64,000 nt of DNA from Deltaproteobacteria bacterium RIFCSPHIGHO2_02_FULL_44_16 (lineage in GTDB: Bacteria; UBA10199; 2-02-FULL-44-16). Made by a program: the position numbers and the translations under genes. The DNA lies in contig MGRM01000005.1 of the NCBI GenBank assembly GCA_001798185.1, positions 19,925-83,924 of the forward strand. The letters are read 5' to 3'. Positions 19,580-29,780 of this stretch are shown piece after piece (the stretch's first letter is position 1; each line of letters starts with the position of its first letter). Below the pieces are notes generated by a model. The model made no database searches. It was not told the origin of the DNA and saw nothing but the letters and a program-made list of their open reading frames with translations.

Positions 19580-19969
19580 ATGATGATTCATATACCAGTG
19601 TCAGTAGGTGAGCTTCTGGACAAGATGACAATTTTGGAGATCAAAACAGAACGCATTGCCGATGCGAAGAAAAGAAAAAATTGTCAGAAGGAATACGATC
19701 TTCTGGAACATATCGCGAAGACTCACGGTATTCTTTTCATGGCTGAGCGTGCAGAGTTGAAGCGTGTGAATGAATGGCTTTGGGAGATTGAAGATTCTAT
19801 GCGAAAGAAAGAAGCCAAAAAAGAATTTGATCAGGATTTTATTGAACTCACGCGAGATGAATACCGAGCAAATGATACGCGAGCGAAGATTAAAAAGGAA
19901 ATTAATCTCGCGTCTGGATCAGAGCTTATCGAAGAAAAGGAATATGTTGCCTACGATCTGAATAAATGA
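19580..19969 (+). CDS. DUF6165-like protein
   Basis: PVSVGELLDKMTILEIK, LWEIED, ND.RA.IKK.IN, EEK pattern. Confidence 0.7.
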   Translation: MMIHIPVSVGELLDKMTILEIKTERIADAKKRKNCQKEYDLLEHIAKTHGILFMAERAELKRVNEWLWEIEDSMRKKEAKKEFDQDFIELTRDEYRANDTRAKIKKEINLASGSELIEEKEYVAYDLNK

Positions 19970-20844
19970 AGAACTTTCTCTGCAAAGGAAAAAAAGGCGA
20001 TCTCATCATGTCCCTCTATATCGTGAAAGCGATGGGGGGAGGGAATGTTTTGATTACCCCGGGAGAATTTGAAGAACCACTTGAGAGTGTTCTCGAATCG
20101 TGCGGCAAGCTTGTATTATCGCAACCCTATGTCCATTCTTTTCGGATCTACAAAGATGAGCCGATCGATATCGATCTCGATGCATTTCGACATCATAAGA
20201 TGCTTTTTCGCACGACACTTCTTGATGTCATGTGTCATGCACAACATCTGCCCTCGCCACAAAATGTTCAAAGTTGGATCGATGTTCCCGGTGATACTTC
20301 ATTTGCAGACAAAATTATTATTCATCGTCGAGCGGTCGTCAAAGCACGTGCGAATCCGCTTTTTGATTGGGATGCTCTTATCTCTCGGTTGGGAGCGAAA
20401 AATTTTCTCTTTGTGTCACGTCTTGAAGGAGAGTGGAAAGAATTTGGTCGCAAAGAAGTAGAATATTATAAACCTGCAGATAACTATGAACATGCTCGTG
20501 TGTTGAAAGGTTCGAAGCTCTATATTGGCAATCAATCCTTCCCTTCTGCCTTGGCTGATGCTCTCGGAGTACGACGCATTTTCGAAGTCATGACCGGCAT
20601 CGACCGACGTCATTTCGCTATCGATTATGCGTCAAATGCCTGGTATTTTGCGACCCCTTGGGATTGCACCCTCAAACATTTTCGTTATCTCGCGAAAGAC
20701 AATGGACATTATGATGATGTGGTGACGGGCGAGTCTGTTCACGTGCCTCTGGAATTTCACTACAATCGGATGCAAACATTACGTCATGAAGCTCACTATT
20801 ATAAATCCCTCCTCAAACAATACGTGAAAGTTCTATGTCTTTAG
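19966..20844 (+). CDS. Hypothetical protein, possibly GT9-like glycosyltransferase
   Basis: N-terminal GDLI, DLDAFR, IGNQS..ALA pattern. Confidence 0.5.
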   Translation: MKNFLCKGKKGDLIMSLYIVKAMGGGNVLITPGEFEEPLESVLESCGKLVLSQPYVHSFRIYKDEPIDIDLDAFRHHKMLFRTTLLDVMCHAQHLPSPQNVQSWIDVPGDTSFADKIIIHRRAVVKARANPLFDWDALISRLGAKNFLFVSRLEGEWKEFGRKEVEYYKPADNYEHARVLKGSKLYIGNQSFPSALADALGVRRIFEVMTGIDRRHFAIDYASNAWYFATPWDCTLKHFRYLAKDNGHYDDVVTGESVHVPLEFHYNRMQTLRHEAHYYKSLLKQYVKVLCL

Positions 20845-22202
20845 TGAATAAATCTCTCAGCATTTTTAATCGAGAAATTGTGTTTACCTTTCTCCGGCTC
20901 GGTACCGGAGCCATCGTGGCACGAAAACTTGGCCCGACCGGCATGGGTATTTGGGCAGCGCTTGATTTGATTGTGAATTATTCTCGTGTTTTTGGAGCTC
21001 CTCGTCTCGAAATCGCGACGGTCTATTTTTGGAGCCAAAAACAATGGAACCGAGGAGAAATTCTTTTTACGGTCAATGTCGTCGGTTTTACGATGGGACT
21101 TTTACTCTGCTTTCTTCTTTCCTTTCAGCATGATTTGTTACGAACTTTTTTTGTAAAAACAAATATTGAACCTTTGCTCATGATCCTTGTTTTTGCGCAT
21201 TTGCCTCTGCGTTTTGTAAAAAGGAATTATCATTACTTTCTTTTGGCCCAAGAGGATACGCAATCTTACAATCGTGTTTTGGTGATTGATGATGTCCTGA
21301 AAGCCATGATCACTATAACGCTTTTACTCTTTTTTGATCTCGGTCTTTGGTCCCTTGCGATTGCGATTCATATTTCAAGCGCATGCGCCTTTGTCTATGC
21401 TGCTGTAAAAGTCCGACGAACTCAGCGTATGGTCGTGCACCATAACGTGAAACTTTTTTTTACGATGCTCCGCTTTAGTATGAAAGTGTATGTCTCGGAA
21501 GCGAGCGGTTTTTTAACCATCTATATCTCCAATTTAATTACCGCTCTTTTCCTTGGTCCTGCTCAGCTTGCTTTTTTTTCCATGGGAAAGGGAAAGGCTG
21601 AATGGTTGAATCGTATCACCAATGCGATTGCGACAGTGCTCTATCCGAGAGTTTCACACCTGCAAGGGAGTGGACAGGATGCCTCGATAACCACAACCGA
21701 TGCTTCACGCATCTCCCTTCTCATCTTATCCGTTGCTGCTTTTTTCTTATCCCTTTTCATTTATCCCGCCACGCTTCTTCTCTATGGTCGGGAATTTAGT
21801 CCTTTGGTGATTGTTTTCTTTCTTATTCTACCGGGTTTTATTTTTCATTCGGTCACGAGTCTGCAGCGACAGTATTTTCTTGGAATTGGAAGAGCTGATA
21901 TTCCGATGAAAATCAATATGATACCTCTCATCTTGCAAGCAACACTTTGCTATCTTTTTATTCCCAAAATGGGATTTATGGGGGGAGCCATTGCTGTATC
22001 GCTGACTCATCTGATGATGTCTGCGATCACGGTTATCGTGTATCGTCGCATGACCGGAATTACCTTTTCACAGCTTTTACTCCCTACGCGAAGGGATAGA
22101 GATTATTTGGTCCAGCTCGTGATGACCAAGCTTCAGATTTTCTTCGACATGCTTCGACGAATGTTTGGAAGAGTTCTTCAGAGTCTTTATGAAAAAGTTT
22201 AA
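20835..22202 (+). CDS. wzx: Wzx-type oligosaccharide flippase
   Basis: About 12 TM segments, ARKLGP.GMG, LYPRVS, GAAIA-like GGAIA. Confidence 0.85.
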   Translation: MSLVNKSLSIFNREIVFTFLRLGTGAIVARKLGPTGMGIWAALDLIVNYSRVFGAPRLEIATVYFWSQKQWNRGEILFTVNVVGFTMGLLLCFLLSFQHDLLRTFFVKTNIEPLLMILVFAHLPLRFVKRNYHYFLLAQEDTQSYNRVLVIDDVLKAMITITLLLFFDLGLWSLAIAIHISSACAFVYAAVKVRRTQRMVVHHNVKLFFTMLRFSMKVYVSEASGFLTIYISNLITALFLGPAQLAFFSMGKGKAEWLNRITNAIATVLYPRVSHLQGSGQDASITTTDASRISLLILSVAAFFLSLFIYPATLLLYGREFSPLVIVFFLILPGFIFHSVTSLQRQYFLGIGRADIPMKINMIPLILQATLCYLFIPKMGFMGGAIAVSLTHLMMSAITVIVYRRMTGITFSQLLLPTRRDRDYLVQLVMTKLQIFFDMLRRMFGRVLQSLYEKV

Positions 22203-24030
22203 AAAAATACTTCGTTCTCTCAAACGTTCTTTTGTGACGGTCTCACGATTTCTCCGATTTGGAGATAGTCATAAGGTTGTTTTTTTTGAAACGCTCTCTT
22301 CCGAAAATAAAACGTTGCCTTCACGAAGAGATGTTCTGCGCTGGATTTCTCCCATTCTCAAAGAGATGGGGAGAACATTTGTGCGAGCTTACCGAGTTGG
22401 ACTTGGAGAAGCGCATACGCTTCATCCCGATCCGCTTTCCACAGCAGGAGGGGAGAGTTATGGAAAATGTCGAATCGGTTTTACGTACAAAAACGCCTTT
22501 TCGCTTTCCCATGCTCCTCAAGGAAGTGTGTCGCTGAATCTTTCAGATGAGGCTGCCGAAGGAATATACTTTTGGGTCGGGAAAAAATTTATTGAAACCG
22601 GTGATGGACTTTTGGATCTTTTTCTTGAAGGAAAAGATTCCACAAAAATTTTTTCAAAAAAATTAAATGCGCTTCATCACGCATGGGATCTTTTTTATTT
22701 TCCTTTAGCCCAAAAGAGCGGCGAATATAAATTCACGTGGAGTACACAAGGGGAGAAGAAGGATCTTTTACTGACTCCCCCTCTGATCAAACGAAAACAG
22801 GAACGAACTGTTCTTCTTCTCATCGCTGATGCTGTGCGACCTCAAGACATCGGGCTTTATTCAGGAGCTGTTCATACACCGATGCTCGATGCCTATTTTT
22901 CATCAGGAGTTCTTTTTCAAAATAGTTTTGCTCAAAGTAATTGGACGCTTCCGGCCTTTGCTTCGATTGCCACTTCTCACTATGCATCAGAACATGGCGT
23001 GGTCGATCCTGATCGCTATTCGCGTCCCATGGATCGACACGTTCCAACCTTAGGGGAAGTGATGCGCGCTCACGGATTTTATACCTATGGCTCTGTATCT
23101 CATTTTCGCAGTAACCAAGCTTATGGGCATCATCGTGGTTTTGAACACTTTGACTATGCAAGTACGATGCAAGAAAAACCGGGAACCACAGGAGTGGCAG
23201 GACAGAATAATATGCATCGTCAACTTCGGGAACTTTGTGCGTATGTTGACAATCTTCGCGGAGTGAATTTTTTTGGAATGATCCACTTTTTTGATACGCA
23301 TTTCCCCTATTTTTATAATCCCTATCAGCTCAACCAGCATGATCTTCTTTTTCAAAATTCTCTGGAATACTCTGTGCGAAAACCATTCACTCAGCAATTT
23401 ACGGAGGAAGAGTATCGGTATATGCTTCATCAGTATTATACGCGTCTTGCAGAGTTGGATGCTGCACTCGCGCAGCTCTTTTATGTTCTTCGAAACAGAG
23501 AGAACGTCACCGTTCTTTTTATGTCCGATCATGGATATTGTTTTGAGAAATCCCTTGGGCATGATTTGTCCTCTGATGAGATTGCAACTCCTCTTTTCAT
23601 AAGCTCCACTGAATTCAAGCTCGAAGGGGGGAAACATCAGCGCGTGACGCAGTCTTCGGTGGATATCCTGCCGACATTGACAACCCTTTTTGGGATTCAT
23701 GATGTAACTGCGCGCGCGGGAACCTCTCTGTTTGATCGCTCAGGAAAAGTTCTCCAGAAAGAAGTGGCAGTGTCAGAGTTGATCTATCATGAACTCTATC
23801 AAGTACGTCTTATTGGAAAAAAAGGAGCAACACTTTTGTTTGAAACCAAACGTTCTCGTAAGAGTGGAACGATTGAAGTTGACCAACTTTTTATCAAGGA
23901 CAATCGTTTTGACTCCCCCTCAGAAACATCTCTTGAAATGTTCCTTGCCTCTGTAGAAAGTTCAAAACTTTTTCCTTCACTCAAAAAGAAAATGTGTGAA
24001 CTGATTCGTTCTGGAGAGAACTTGCAATGA
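22189..24030 (+). CDS. Alkaline phosphatase/sulfatase-fold protein with Thr nucleophile (paralog 1)
   Basis: ADAVR, QSNWTLPAFAS, HFFDTH, SDHG, DILPT. Confidence 0.8.
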   Translation: MKKFKKILRSLKRSFVTVSRFLRFGDSHKVVFFETLSSENKTLPSRRDVLRWISPILKEMGRTFVRAYRVGLGEAHTLHPDPLSTAGGESYGKCRIGFTYKNAFSLSHAPQGSVSLNLSDEAAEGIYFWVGKKFIETGDGLLDLFLEGKDSTKIFSKKLNALHHAWDLFYFPLAQKSGEYKFTWSTQGEKKDLLLTPPLIKRKQERTVLLLIADAVRPQDIGLYSGAVHTPMLDAYFSSGVLFQNSFAQSNWTLPAFASIATSHYASEHGVVDPDRYSRPMDRHVPTLGEVMRAHGFYTYGSVSHFRSNQAYGHHRGFEHFDYASTMQEKPGTTGVAGQNNMHRQLRELCAYVDNLRGVNFFGMIHFFDTHFPYFYNPYQLNQHDLLFQNSLEYSVRKPFTQQFTEEEYRYMLHQYYTRLAELDAALAQLFYVLRNRENVTVLFMSDHGYCFEKSLGHDLSSDEIATPLFISSTEFKLEGGKHQRVTQSSVDILPTLTTLFGIHDVTARAGTSLFDRSGKVLQKEVAVSELIYHELYQVRLIGKKGATLLFETKRSRKSGTIEVDQLFIKDNRFDSPSETSLEMFLASVESSKLFPSLKKKMCELIRSGENLQ

Positions 24031-25442
24031 CCGATATTCCCCTGTGTGTCGATCTCGATGGGACACTTTTAAAGACTGATACCTTGGTCGAAGGTTTTCT
24101 TGCTTGTCTCAAAAAGAAACCGTTATCGTTGGTGCAAGCTCCATTTTGGTTGTTTAAAGGCAAAGCTGTCCTGAAACGAAAAATCTTTGAAACGATTGAG
24201 CTCAACCCCCATGTGCTTCCTTACCATCTCGATTTTTTAGACTATCTTCACGGAGAATATGAAAAGGGAAGGAAGCTCATTTTAGCAACTGCTGCGCATG
24301 AACGTATTGCAACTTCTATTGCGCAGCATCTCAATATTTTTTCCGAAGTATTTTCGACGAATCACACAAACTTAAAAGGTTCTTCTAAATGTGAAATATT
24401 GGAAAAAAGGTTTGGAAAGAAAAAGTTTGGATATGCAGGAAATGCTCACATTGATCTTTTGGTTTGGAAAGAAGCTGGAGAGGGTATTGTCGTCAACGCA
24501 TCACCTCGGTTATTACAAAAGGCGGAAAAAATGACCTCTGTGGTTAAATTTTTTCCTCAAAAAAGAGGAACTTTTTTGAAAATCTTGAAGGCCATGCGTC
24601 TTTATCAATGGGTGAAAAACTTGCTTGTTTTCATTCCATTGATCTTGGCTCATCGCGTTACAGAGATTTCACTTTTTCAAGATGCTGTGGTTGCATTTTT
24701 TTCTTTTGGACTATGTGCCTCGAGTGTTTATCTTTTAAATGATTTGCTCGATTTGGAAGCAGACCGTCTTCATCCCCGAAAACGGCTTCGTCCTTTTGCT
24801 TCCGGAGAACTGAGCCCTTGGATCGGTATTTTCTTCATTCCGCTTCTTTTGATAACGAGTTTTCTCACTGCGCTCACACTTTCGATCTGGTTTGTCGTTA
24901 CGCTTGGGATTTATTATGTGCTGACACTTTCTTATTCTCTCTATTTGAAACGCATTCCTCTGATCGATGTCGTGTTACTGGCGATGCTTTATACGCTTCG
25001 TTTGATTGCGGGGATTGCGTCAGTGCATGTTCCCATTTCGCCGTGGCTTTTTGCCTTTGCGCTCTTTTTCTTTTTAAGTTTAGCGCTTGTAAAACGATCT
25101 TCGGAATTAACGATGATGCAAAAAGAAAACCTGGAGAGTTCACTTGGTCGTGGCTATCGACCAGATGATTTAGAACTCCTGACCATGATGGGAATCTCCA
25201 GCGGATTTCTTTCGGTTTTGGTTTTGGCGCTCTACATTCACAGTGAAGATGTTTCAGTTTTATATGCGCAGCCAATGTTTCTCTGGCTTATCTGTCCTTT
25301 CTTCCTTTATTGGATCGGACGTATTTGGTTTTTGACGCGAAGAGGAGGAATTCCTGACGATCCCATTCTTTTCGCGGCGAAAGATAAAATAAGCTATGTG
25401 ATTGGGAGTTTTATCTTTTTTATTCTCTATGTGGCATCATGA
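24027..25442 (+). CDS. HAD-UbiA fusion, polyprenyl-phosphate phosphoribosyltransferase
   Basis: VDLDGTL N-domain; QWVKNLLVF, NDLLDLEADRLHPRKRLRPFASG, DDP; upstream of dprE1/dprE2 homologs. Confidence 0.9.
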   Translation: MTDIPLCVDLDGTLLKTDTLVEGFLACLKKKPLSLVQAPFWLFKGKAVLKRKIFETIELNPHVLPYHLDFLDYLHGEYEKGRKLILATAAHERIATSIAQHLNIFSEVFSTNHTNLKGSSKCEILEKRFGKKKFGYAGNAHIDLLVWKEAGEGIVVNASPRLLQKAEKMTSVVKFFPQKRGTFLKILKAMRLYQWVKNLLVFIPLILAHRVTEISLFQDAVVAFFSFGLCASSVYLLNDLLDLEADRLHPRKRLRPFASGELSPWIGIFFIPLLLITSFLTALTLSIWFVVTLGIYYVLTLSYSLYLKRIPLIDVVLLAMLYTLRLIAGIASVHVPISPWLFAFALFFFLSLALVKRSSELTMMQKENLESSLGRGYRPDDLELLTMMGISSGFLSVLVLALYIHSEDVSVLYAQPMFLWLICPFFLYWIGRIWFLTRRGGIPDDPILFAAKDKISYVIGSFIFFILYVAS

Positions 25443-26758
25443 AAAATGATTCTGAAGTTCTTGAATCCTGGGGACGCAACCCACAGATTCAGCAATCATC
25501 GACTTCTCTTCATTGGAGAAGTGATATTCACTTTTCTTCAGAGAAGAAGATGTTGCCTTACGGAATGGGGCGAAGTTACGGTGATGTCTGTCTCCATGAA
25601 GGAGGACTTCTTCTGAAGACGAGAGGACTGAATCGTTTTTTAGAGTTCGATGCAGAAGAGGGGAGATTGATCTGCGAAGCAGGTGTCTCTTTTGAGGAGA
25701 TTCTCGATTTTGCTGTTCCTCGAGGGTGGTTTCTTCCGGTAACTCCGGGAACAAAATATGTGACGGTCGGTGGTGCGATTGCAAATGATGTGCATGGCAA
25801 AAACCATCACCGTGCAGGATCATTTGGTTGTCATGTCGTTCGTTTTGAACTGTTGCGTTCTGATGGAACGCACCTTCTTTGTAGTCAGACTGAAAATACT
25901 GATTGGTTTCGGGCCACGGTGGGAGGTTTAGGTCTTACCGGTGTTATTACCTGGGCTGACATTCGTCTCAAAAAAGTTGTCAGTCCCTTTATTCGTCAAG
26001 AAACGGTTCCATTTCGTTGTGTCGATGATTTTTTTGCACTTTCTGCTTCGAGCAATCGCGATTTTGAATACACCGTCGCCTGGATCGATTGTTTGGCGAA
26101 GGGGAAAAATCTTGGACGAGGTATTTTTATTCGTGGAAATCATGCAGAAATGAACTCAACAAAAAAGAATCCAAAGAGAAAAAAACCGACATGGAGTATT
26201 CCATGTCAGATGCCTTCTTTTCTTTTGAATCCATTGACGATCAAAGTTTTCAATGGAATGTATTATTTTTCTCAATGCTGGCGAAAAGATTCAAGGCTTG
26301 TTCACTTTGATCCTTTCTTTTATCCGCTCGATGCCGTGAAATGTTGGAATCGTCTGTACGGCCATCGCGGCTTTTTTCAATACCAGTGTGTTGTCCCTCC
26401 GCAGACAGCGCCAGAAAATATACGGCGTCTTCTCGACAAAGTTTCTCATTCAAAGCAAGCATCCTTCCTTTCCGTGTTGAAACAATTCGGTTCGCTTCCT
26501 TCTCCGGGAATGATGTCCTTTCCCCGAAAAGGAGTGACTCTTGCTATGGATTTTCCCAATCGTGGTATCAAAACTTCTCAACTTCTTCATCAACTGGATG
26601 ATATTGTGCAGAAAGTGGGAGGAGCTGTCTATCCGGCGAAAGATGCCTGTATGTCGCGTACCTCCTTTGCTGCTTATTATCCACGATGGAAAGAGTTTGC
26701 ATCGTATATTGATCCCCAGTTCTCATCCAGTTTCTGGAAAAGAGTGAAAGGTGAATAA
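25439..26758 (+). CDS. DprE1-like FAD oxidase (polyprenyl-phosphoribose 2'-oxidase)
   Basis: GMGRSYGD, PVTPGTKYVTVGGAIANDVHGKNHH, GFFQYQ, YPAKD. Confidence 0.9.
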   Translation: MKNDSEVLESWGRNPQIQQSSTSLHWRSDIHFSSEKKMLPYGMGRSYGDVCLHEGGLLLKTRGLNRFLEFDAEEGRLICEAGVSFEEILDFAVPRGWFLPVTPGTKYVTVGGAIANDVHGKNHHRAGSFGCHVVRFELLRSDGTHLLCSQTENTDWFRATVGGLGLTGVITWADIRLKKVVSPFIRQETVPFRCVDDFFALSASSNRDFEYTVAWIDCLAKGKNLGRGIFIRGNHAEMNSTKKNPKRKKPTWSIPCQMPSFLLNPLTIKVFNGMYYFSQCWRKDSRLVHFDPFFYPLDAVKCWNRLYGHRGFFQYQCVVPPQTAPENIRRLLDKVSHSKQASFLSVLKQFGSLPSPGMMSFPRKGVTLAMDFPNRGIKTSQLLHQLDDIVQKVGGAVYPAKDACMSRTSFAAYYPRWKEFASYIDPQFSSSFWKRVKGE

Positions 26759-26764
26759 ACTTTC

Positions 26765-26823
26765 GTCATCCCCGCTTACGCGGGGATCTCATGAGATTCC
26801 CGCTTCCTGCATGCGGGAATGAC
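26765..26823. repeat. Palindromic element, family A, intergenic
   Basis: gtcatccccgcttacgcggggatctcatgagattcccgc...gcgggaatgac; same ends and core as 33-95. Confidence 0.88.
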
Positions 26824-26841
26824 AACCATGCGAGTGCACAT

Positions 26842-27576
26842 ATGAAAAATGTTCTGATTCTTGGCGCAACCTCTGCAATCGCTCACGAAGTAGCGAAGCT
26901 CTATGCTGATGAGCAAGCTCATCTCTTTTTGGTCGCAAGAAATGAATTCAAACTGGAAACAATCGCAAAGGATTTAATAGTACGAGGAGCAAAAGTAACA
27001 TCAGGTGTGGCGAACTTTCACGATTTTTCATCGCATCCAAGACTTCTTGAACAGATAAAAGAAAAACTTGGAAATATCGATGTGGTTCTTCTTGCCTATG
27101 GTTCTTTAGGGAATCAAGCGGAGAGTGAAAAGAATATCTCCGTTGCGCTTCAAGAAATAGAAACCAATTTTTTGACCGCATTTTCTCTGCTCTCTTTACT
27201 TGCTCATATCTTGGAAGCTCAGGGGAGTGGAACTCTTGCCGTGATCTCTTCTGTTGCTGGAGATCGTGGTCGTCAAAGTAATTATATCTATGGAACCGCA
27301 AAGGGGGCGCTCAATATTTTTTTACAGGGTTTGCGTAATCGTCTTTATAAAAAAGGAGTTCATGTGTTGACCATTAAACCCGGTTTTGTCGATACTCCTA
27401 TGACAACGCATCTCAAAAAAGGATTTTTATTTTCTTCTTCTCAAAAAGTGGGAAATGATATTTATAAAGCGATAGAAGAAAAAGAAGACGTCCTGTATAC
27501 TCCTCAATTTTGGAGAGCGATTATGTTTGTGATTCGAAATATTCCGGAAGCTCTTTTTAAAAGGCTCAACCTATGA
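26842..27576 (+). CDS. DprE2-like SDR reductase
   Basis: LGATSAIA, SSVAGDRGRQSNYIYGTAK, KPGFVDTPMT. The ORF-track start 26791 lies inside the repeat. Confidence 0.9.
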   Translation: MKNVLILGATSAIAHEVAKLYADEQAHLFLVARNEFKLETIAKDLIVRGAKVTSGVANFHDFSSHPRLLEQIKEKLGNIDVVLLAYGSLGNQAESEKNISVALQEIETNFLTAFSLLSLLAHILEAQGSGTLAVISSVAGDRGRQSNYIYGTAKGALNIFLQGLRNRLYKKGVHVLTIKPGFVDTPMTTHLKKGFLFSSSQKVGNDIYKAIEEKEDVLYTPQFWRAIMFVIRNIPEALFKRLNL

Positions 27577-29780
27577 AAAATTTTTTTCTCCTTCTCTTCG
27601 TTCTGATTTCTGCCTGCAAAATAAGTTGCGCCGCCAATTTTACAGATGAATCTCTTTCTGAAAATAGCCAATCTTCCAGCCAACCTTCTGAGGTCGATGG
27701 GCAAAAATGTTTTTATTATCGTGATCAGGACCTTGATAGGTATGGCGATCCCCTGTCTGTGCTTGAAAATTGTTTTCCTCCTTCGGGTTATGTTGAAAAT
27801 GCGGATGACTGTGACGATAATGATGCTCAAGTGTTTCCAAAGCTTTGGTATTTAGATGCTGATGGCGATAGCTATGGAAATCCGTCACAAACGCTCAGAA
27901 GTTGTAATCCTCCCTTAAAGTATGTGCAAAATGCTACGGACTGCGATGATGCCGATGCTGCTATATCACCCAAAACTATTTGGTACGCTGATAAAGATGC
28001 GGATGGATTTCTGGGAAGAACGATTTCGTGCGCAAAACCAGAATCTTTTGTCCCTCAACTTGTTTTCATTCCAGAAGAGAGTATTGACTGTGATGATACG
28101 AAGAATGCAGTTTATCCGGGAGCGTTTGAATATATCGATCACATTGACCAAAACTGTGACGGAAAAATAAGAACTCTTTATTTAAAAGATATTTCTCCTG
28201 ACCATGTTTTTCATGGTGCTGAAAGAGGAGATAATACAGGTTTTGATCTTGCAGCAGGAGATTTTGATGGAGATGGATACGATGATATGTTGATCAGCGC
28301 TGTCTTTGCGGGATCTGACCTGAAAGGAAAAATTTATCTCATCTATGGAAAGCCTTCTCTGATACTTGATCAAGCTGATGCAACCCTTGTCGGAGAATTT
28401 TCAAATGATCATGCCGGTCAGTTTCTCTCCACATCTGGCGATGTGAATGCCGATGGTTGTGTCGATTTTCTGATTGGTGTTCCTGAATATTCAGATACCA
28501 TTCTGCAACGAGGGAAAACGTATCTCATTTATGGAAGTGGAGCCCGTTGTGCTTTTCCCCAACGATTAACAGGAACGAATAGTCTGACGTCTGTGGGCGC
28601 CGTCGGTGGAATTTCGGGCGCTACTTTTCTTGGAGTCAACAGAGAAGATTACAGCGGAGCAGATATTGCATCAGCGGGAGATATTGATGGAGATGGAAAG
28701 GACGATCTCCTTATTGGCGCGTATGGAGCAGATGCAACGGCGAATGCTTCCGGAAAGGTCTATCTTGTTTATGGAAAAGCGTTAAACGATGTGACCTGTA
28801 TGGATGGAACAAATCCCCATCAGATGAATCTGTCGATCCTGGAAACAGCGGCTGATGCACATTGTGGCCATGAGATTCTTGGCGAGGGAGGAGGAAGTCT
28901 CTTTGGAATTACATTAGCAGGAGTAGGGGATGTGAATCAAAATGGAACCGATGATCTCTTTATCGGTGCTTATGGTTTTAATCCGGATCCAAATCAGACC
29001 CAACCCGCGTACCAATATCAAGGAAAAGCTTACCTTTTTGATTTTGGAATCCTCGGAACGCCTGCAGGACAAAATATTCCGAGACGAATTTTTGCGAGCA
29101 CCGATACGAAGGCTTATTTTGGTGGATTTGCTTTGACTGGCTTAGATGATTGGCGTTCCTGTGCGAGTACTATTTCTGCTTTAGGAGATACGGATGGGGA
29201 CAGCGCCAATGACTTTATGCTGGGATGCTATGCGCTTGATAATCGAACCATTCAGATGCCGGATTCAGGCGGTGTGTATGTGATGTATGGTGGTGAGTAC
29301 ACGGGTGATATAGCGTCCGATGCTCTTTTTCTTCTTGGCACAGAGGATAATGGACAGCTTGCCCAGGAAAATCTTGCCTCTGGAGGAAATGTCAATCGTG
29401 ATGCTTTCGCTGATATTCTCATTGGTGCTTCGAGAGTGAACGGAGGGACATGGCCTGGAAAGTATGAAGCGGGAAAAACCTATTTGATCCTTGGCCGGAG
29501 CCGTGTTGATTTCGCAGCCGCGTATACGAATCAATTTTTAGATAATGTTGATCTCACCTTCAGAGAAGTCGGAGGGTTCGAATTTCTTGGGGAAGAGAGA
29601 TATGACGAAAGTGGTGCTGGTTTGGCAAGCGGTGATTTTGATGGCGATGGAGATACAGATATTCTCATCGGTGCTCCTGGGGATGAAGTGAATAAACTGT
29701 ATAAACATCAGAATTTTGAATCTCAGGCAAATCCACCGCGACCTGGAAAGGTTTATTTTGTTGAATCCAGGTATGAATAA
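27573..29780 (+). CDS. Lipoprotein with three MopE-like Asp/Cys repeats and a 7-blade FG-GAP (integrin-alpha-like) propeller
   Basis: Lipobox LISA-C15; WY.D.D.D.YG...DCDD repeats x3; seven GD.xGDG..D.LIGA-type repeats. Confidence 0.8.
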   Translation: MKNFFLLLFVLISACKISCAANFTDESLSENSQSSSQPSEVDGQKCFYYRDQDLDRYGDPLSVLENCFPPSGYVENADDCDDNDAQVFPKLWYLDADGDSYGNPSQTLRSCNPPLKYVQNATDCDDADAAISPKTIWYADKDADGFLGRTISCAKPESFVPQLVFIPEESIDCDDTKNAVYPGAFEYIDHIDQNCDGKIRTLYLKDISPDHVFHGAERGDNTGFDLAAGDFDGDGYDDMLISAVFAGSDLKGKIYLIYGKPSLILDQADATLVGEFSNDHAGQFLSTSGDVNADGCVDFLIGVPEYSDTILQRGKTYLIYGSGARCAFPQRLTGTNSLTSVGAVGGISGATFLGVNREDYSGADIASAGDIDGDGKDDLLIGAYGADATANASGKVYLVYGKALNDVTCMDGTNPHQMNLSILETAADAHCGHEILGEGGGSLFGITLAGVGDVNQNGTDDLFIGAYGFNPDPNQTQPAYQYQGKAYLFDFGILGTPAGQNIPRRIFASTDTKAYFGGFALTGLDDWRSCASTISALGDTDGDSANDFMLGCYALDNRTIQMPDSGGVYVMYGGEYTGDIASDALFLLGTEDNGQLAQENLASGGNVNRDAFADILIGASRVNGGTWPGKYEAGKTYLILGRSRVDFAAAYTNQFLDNVDLTFREVGGFEFLGEERYDESGAGLASGDFDGDGDTDILIGAPGDEVNKLYKHQNFESQANPPRPGKVYFVESRYE

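Noticed and set aside
27700..29700. Recurrent gatgg/gatgc motifs as a possible DNA repeat array or CRISPR
   Set aside because: These are protein-level Asp/Gly repeats with degenerate codons; no constant repeat-spacer structure.
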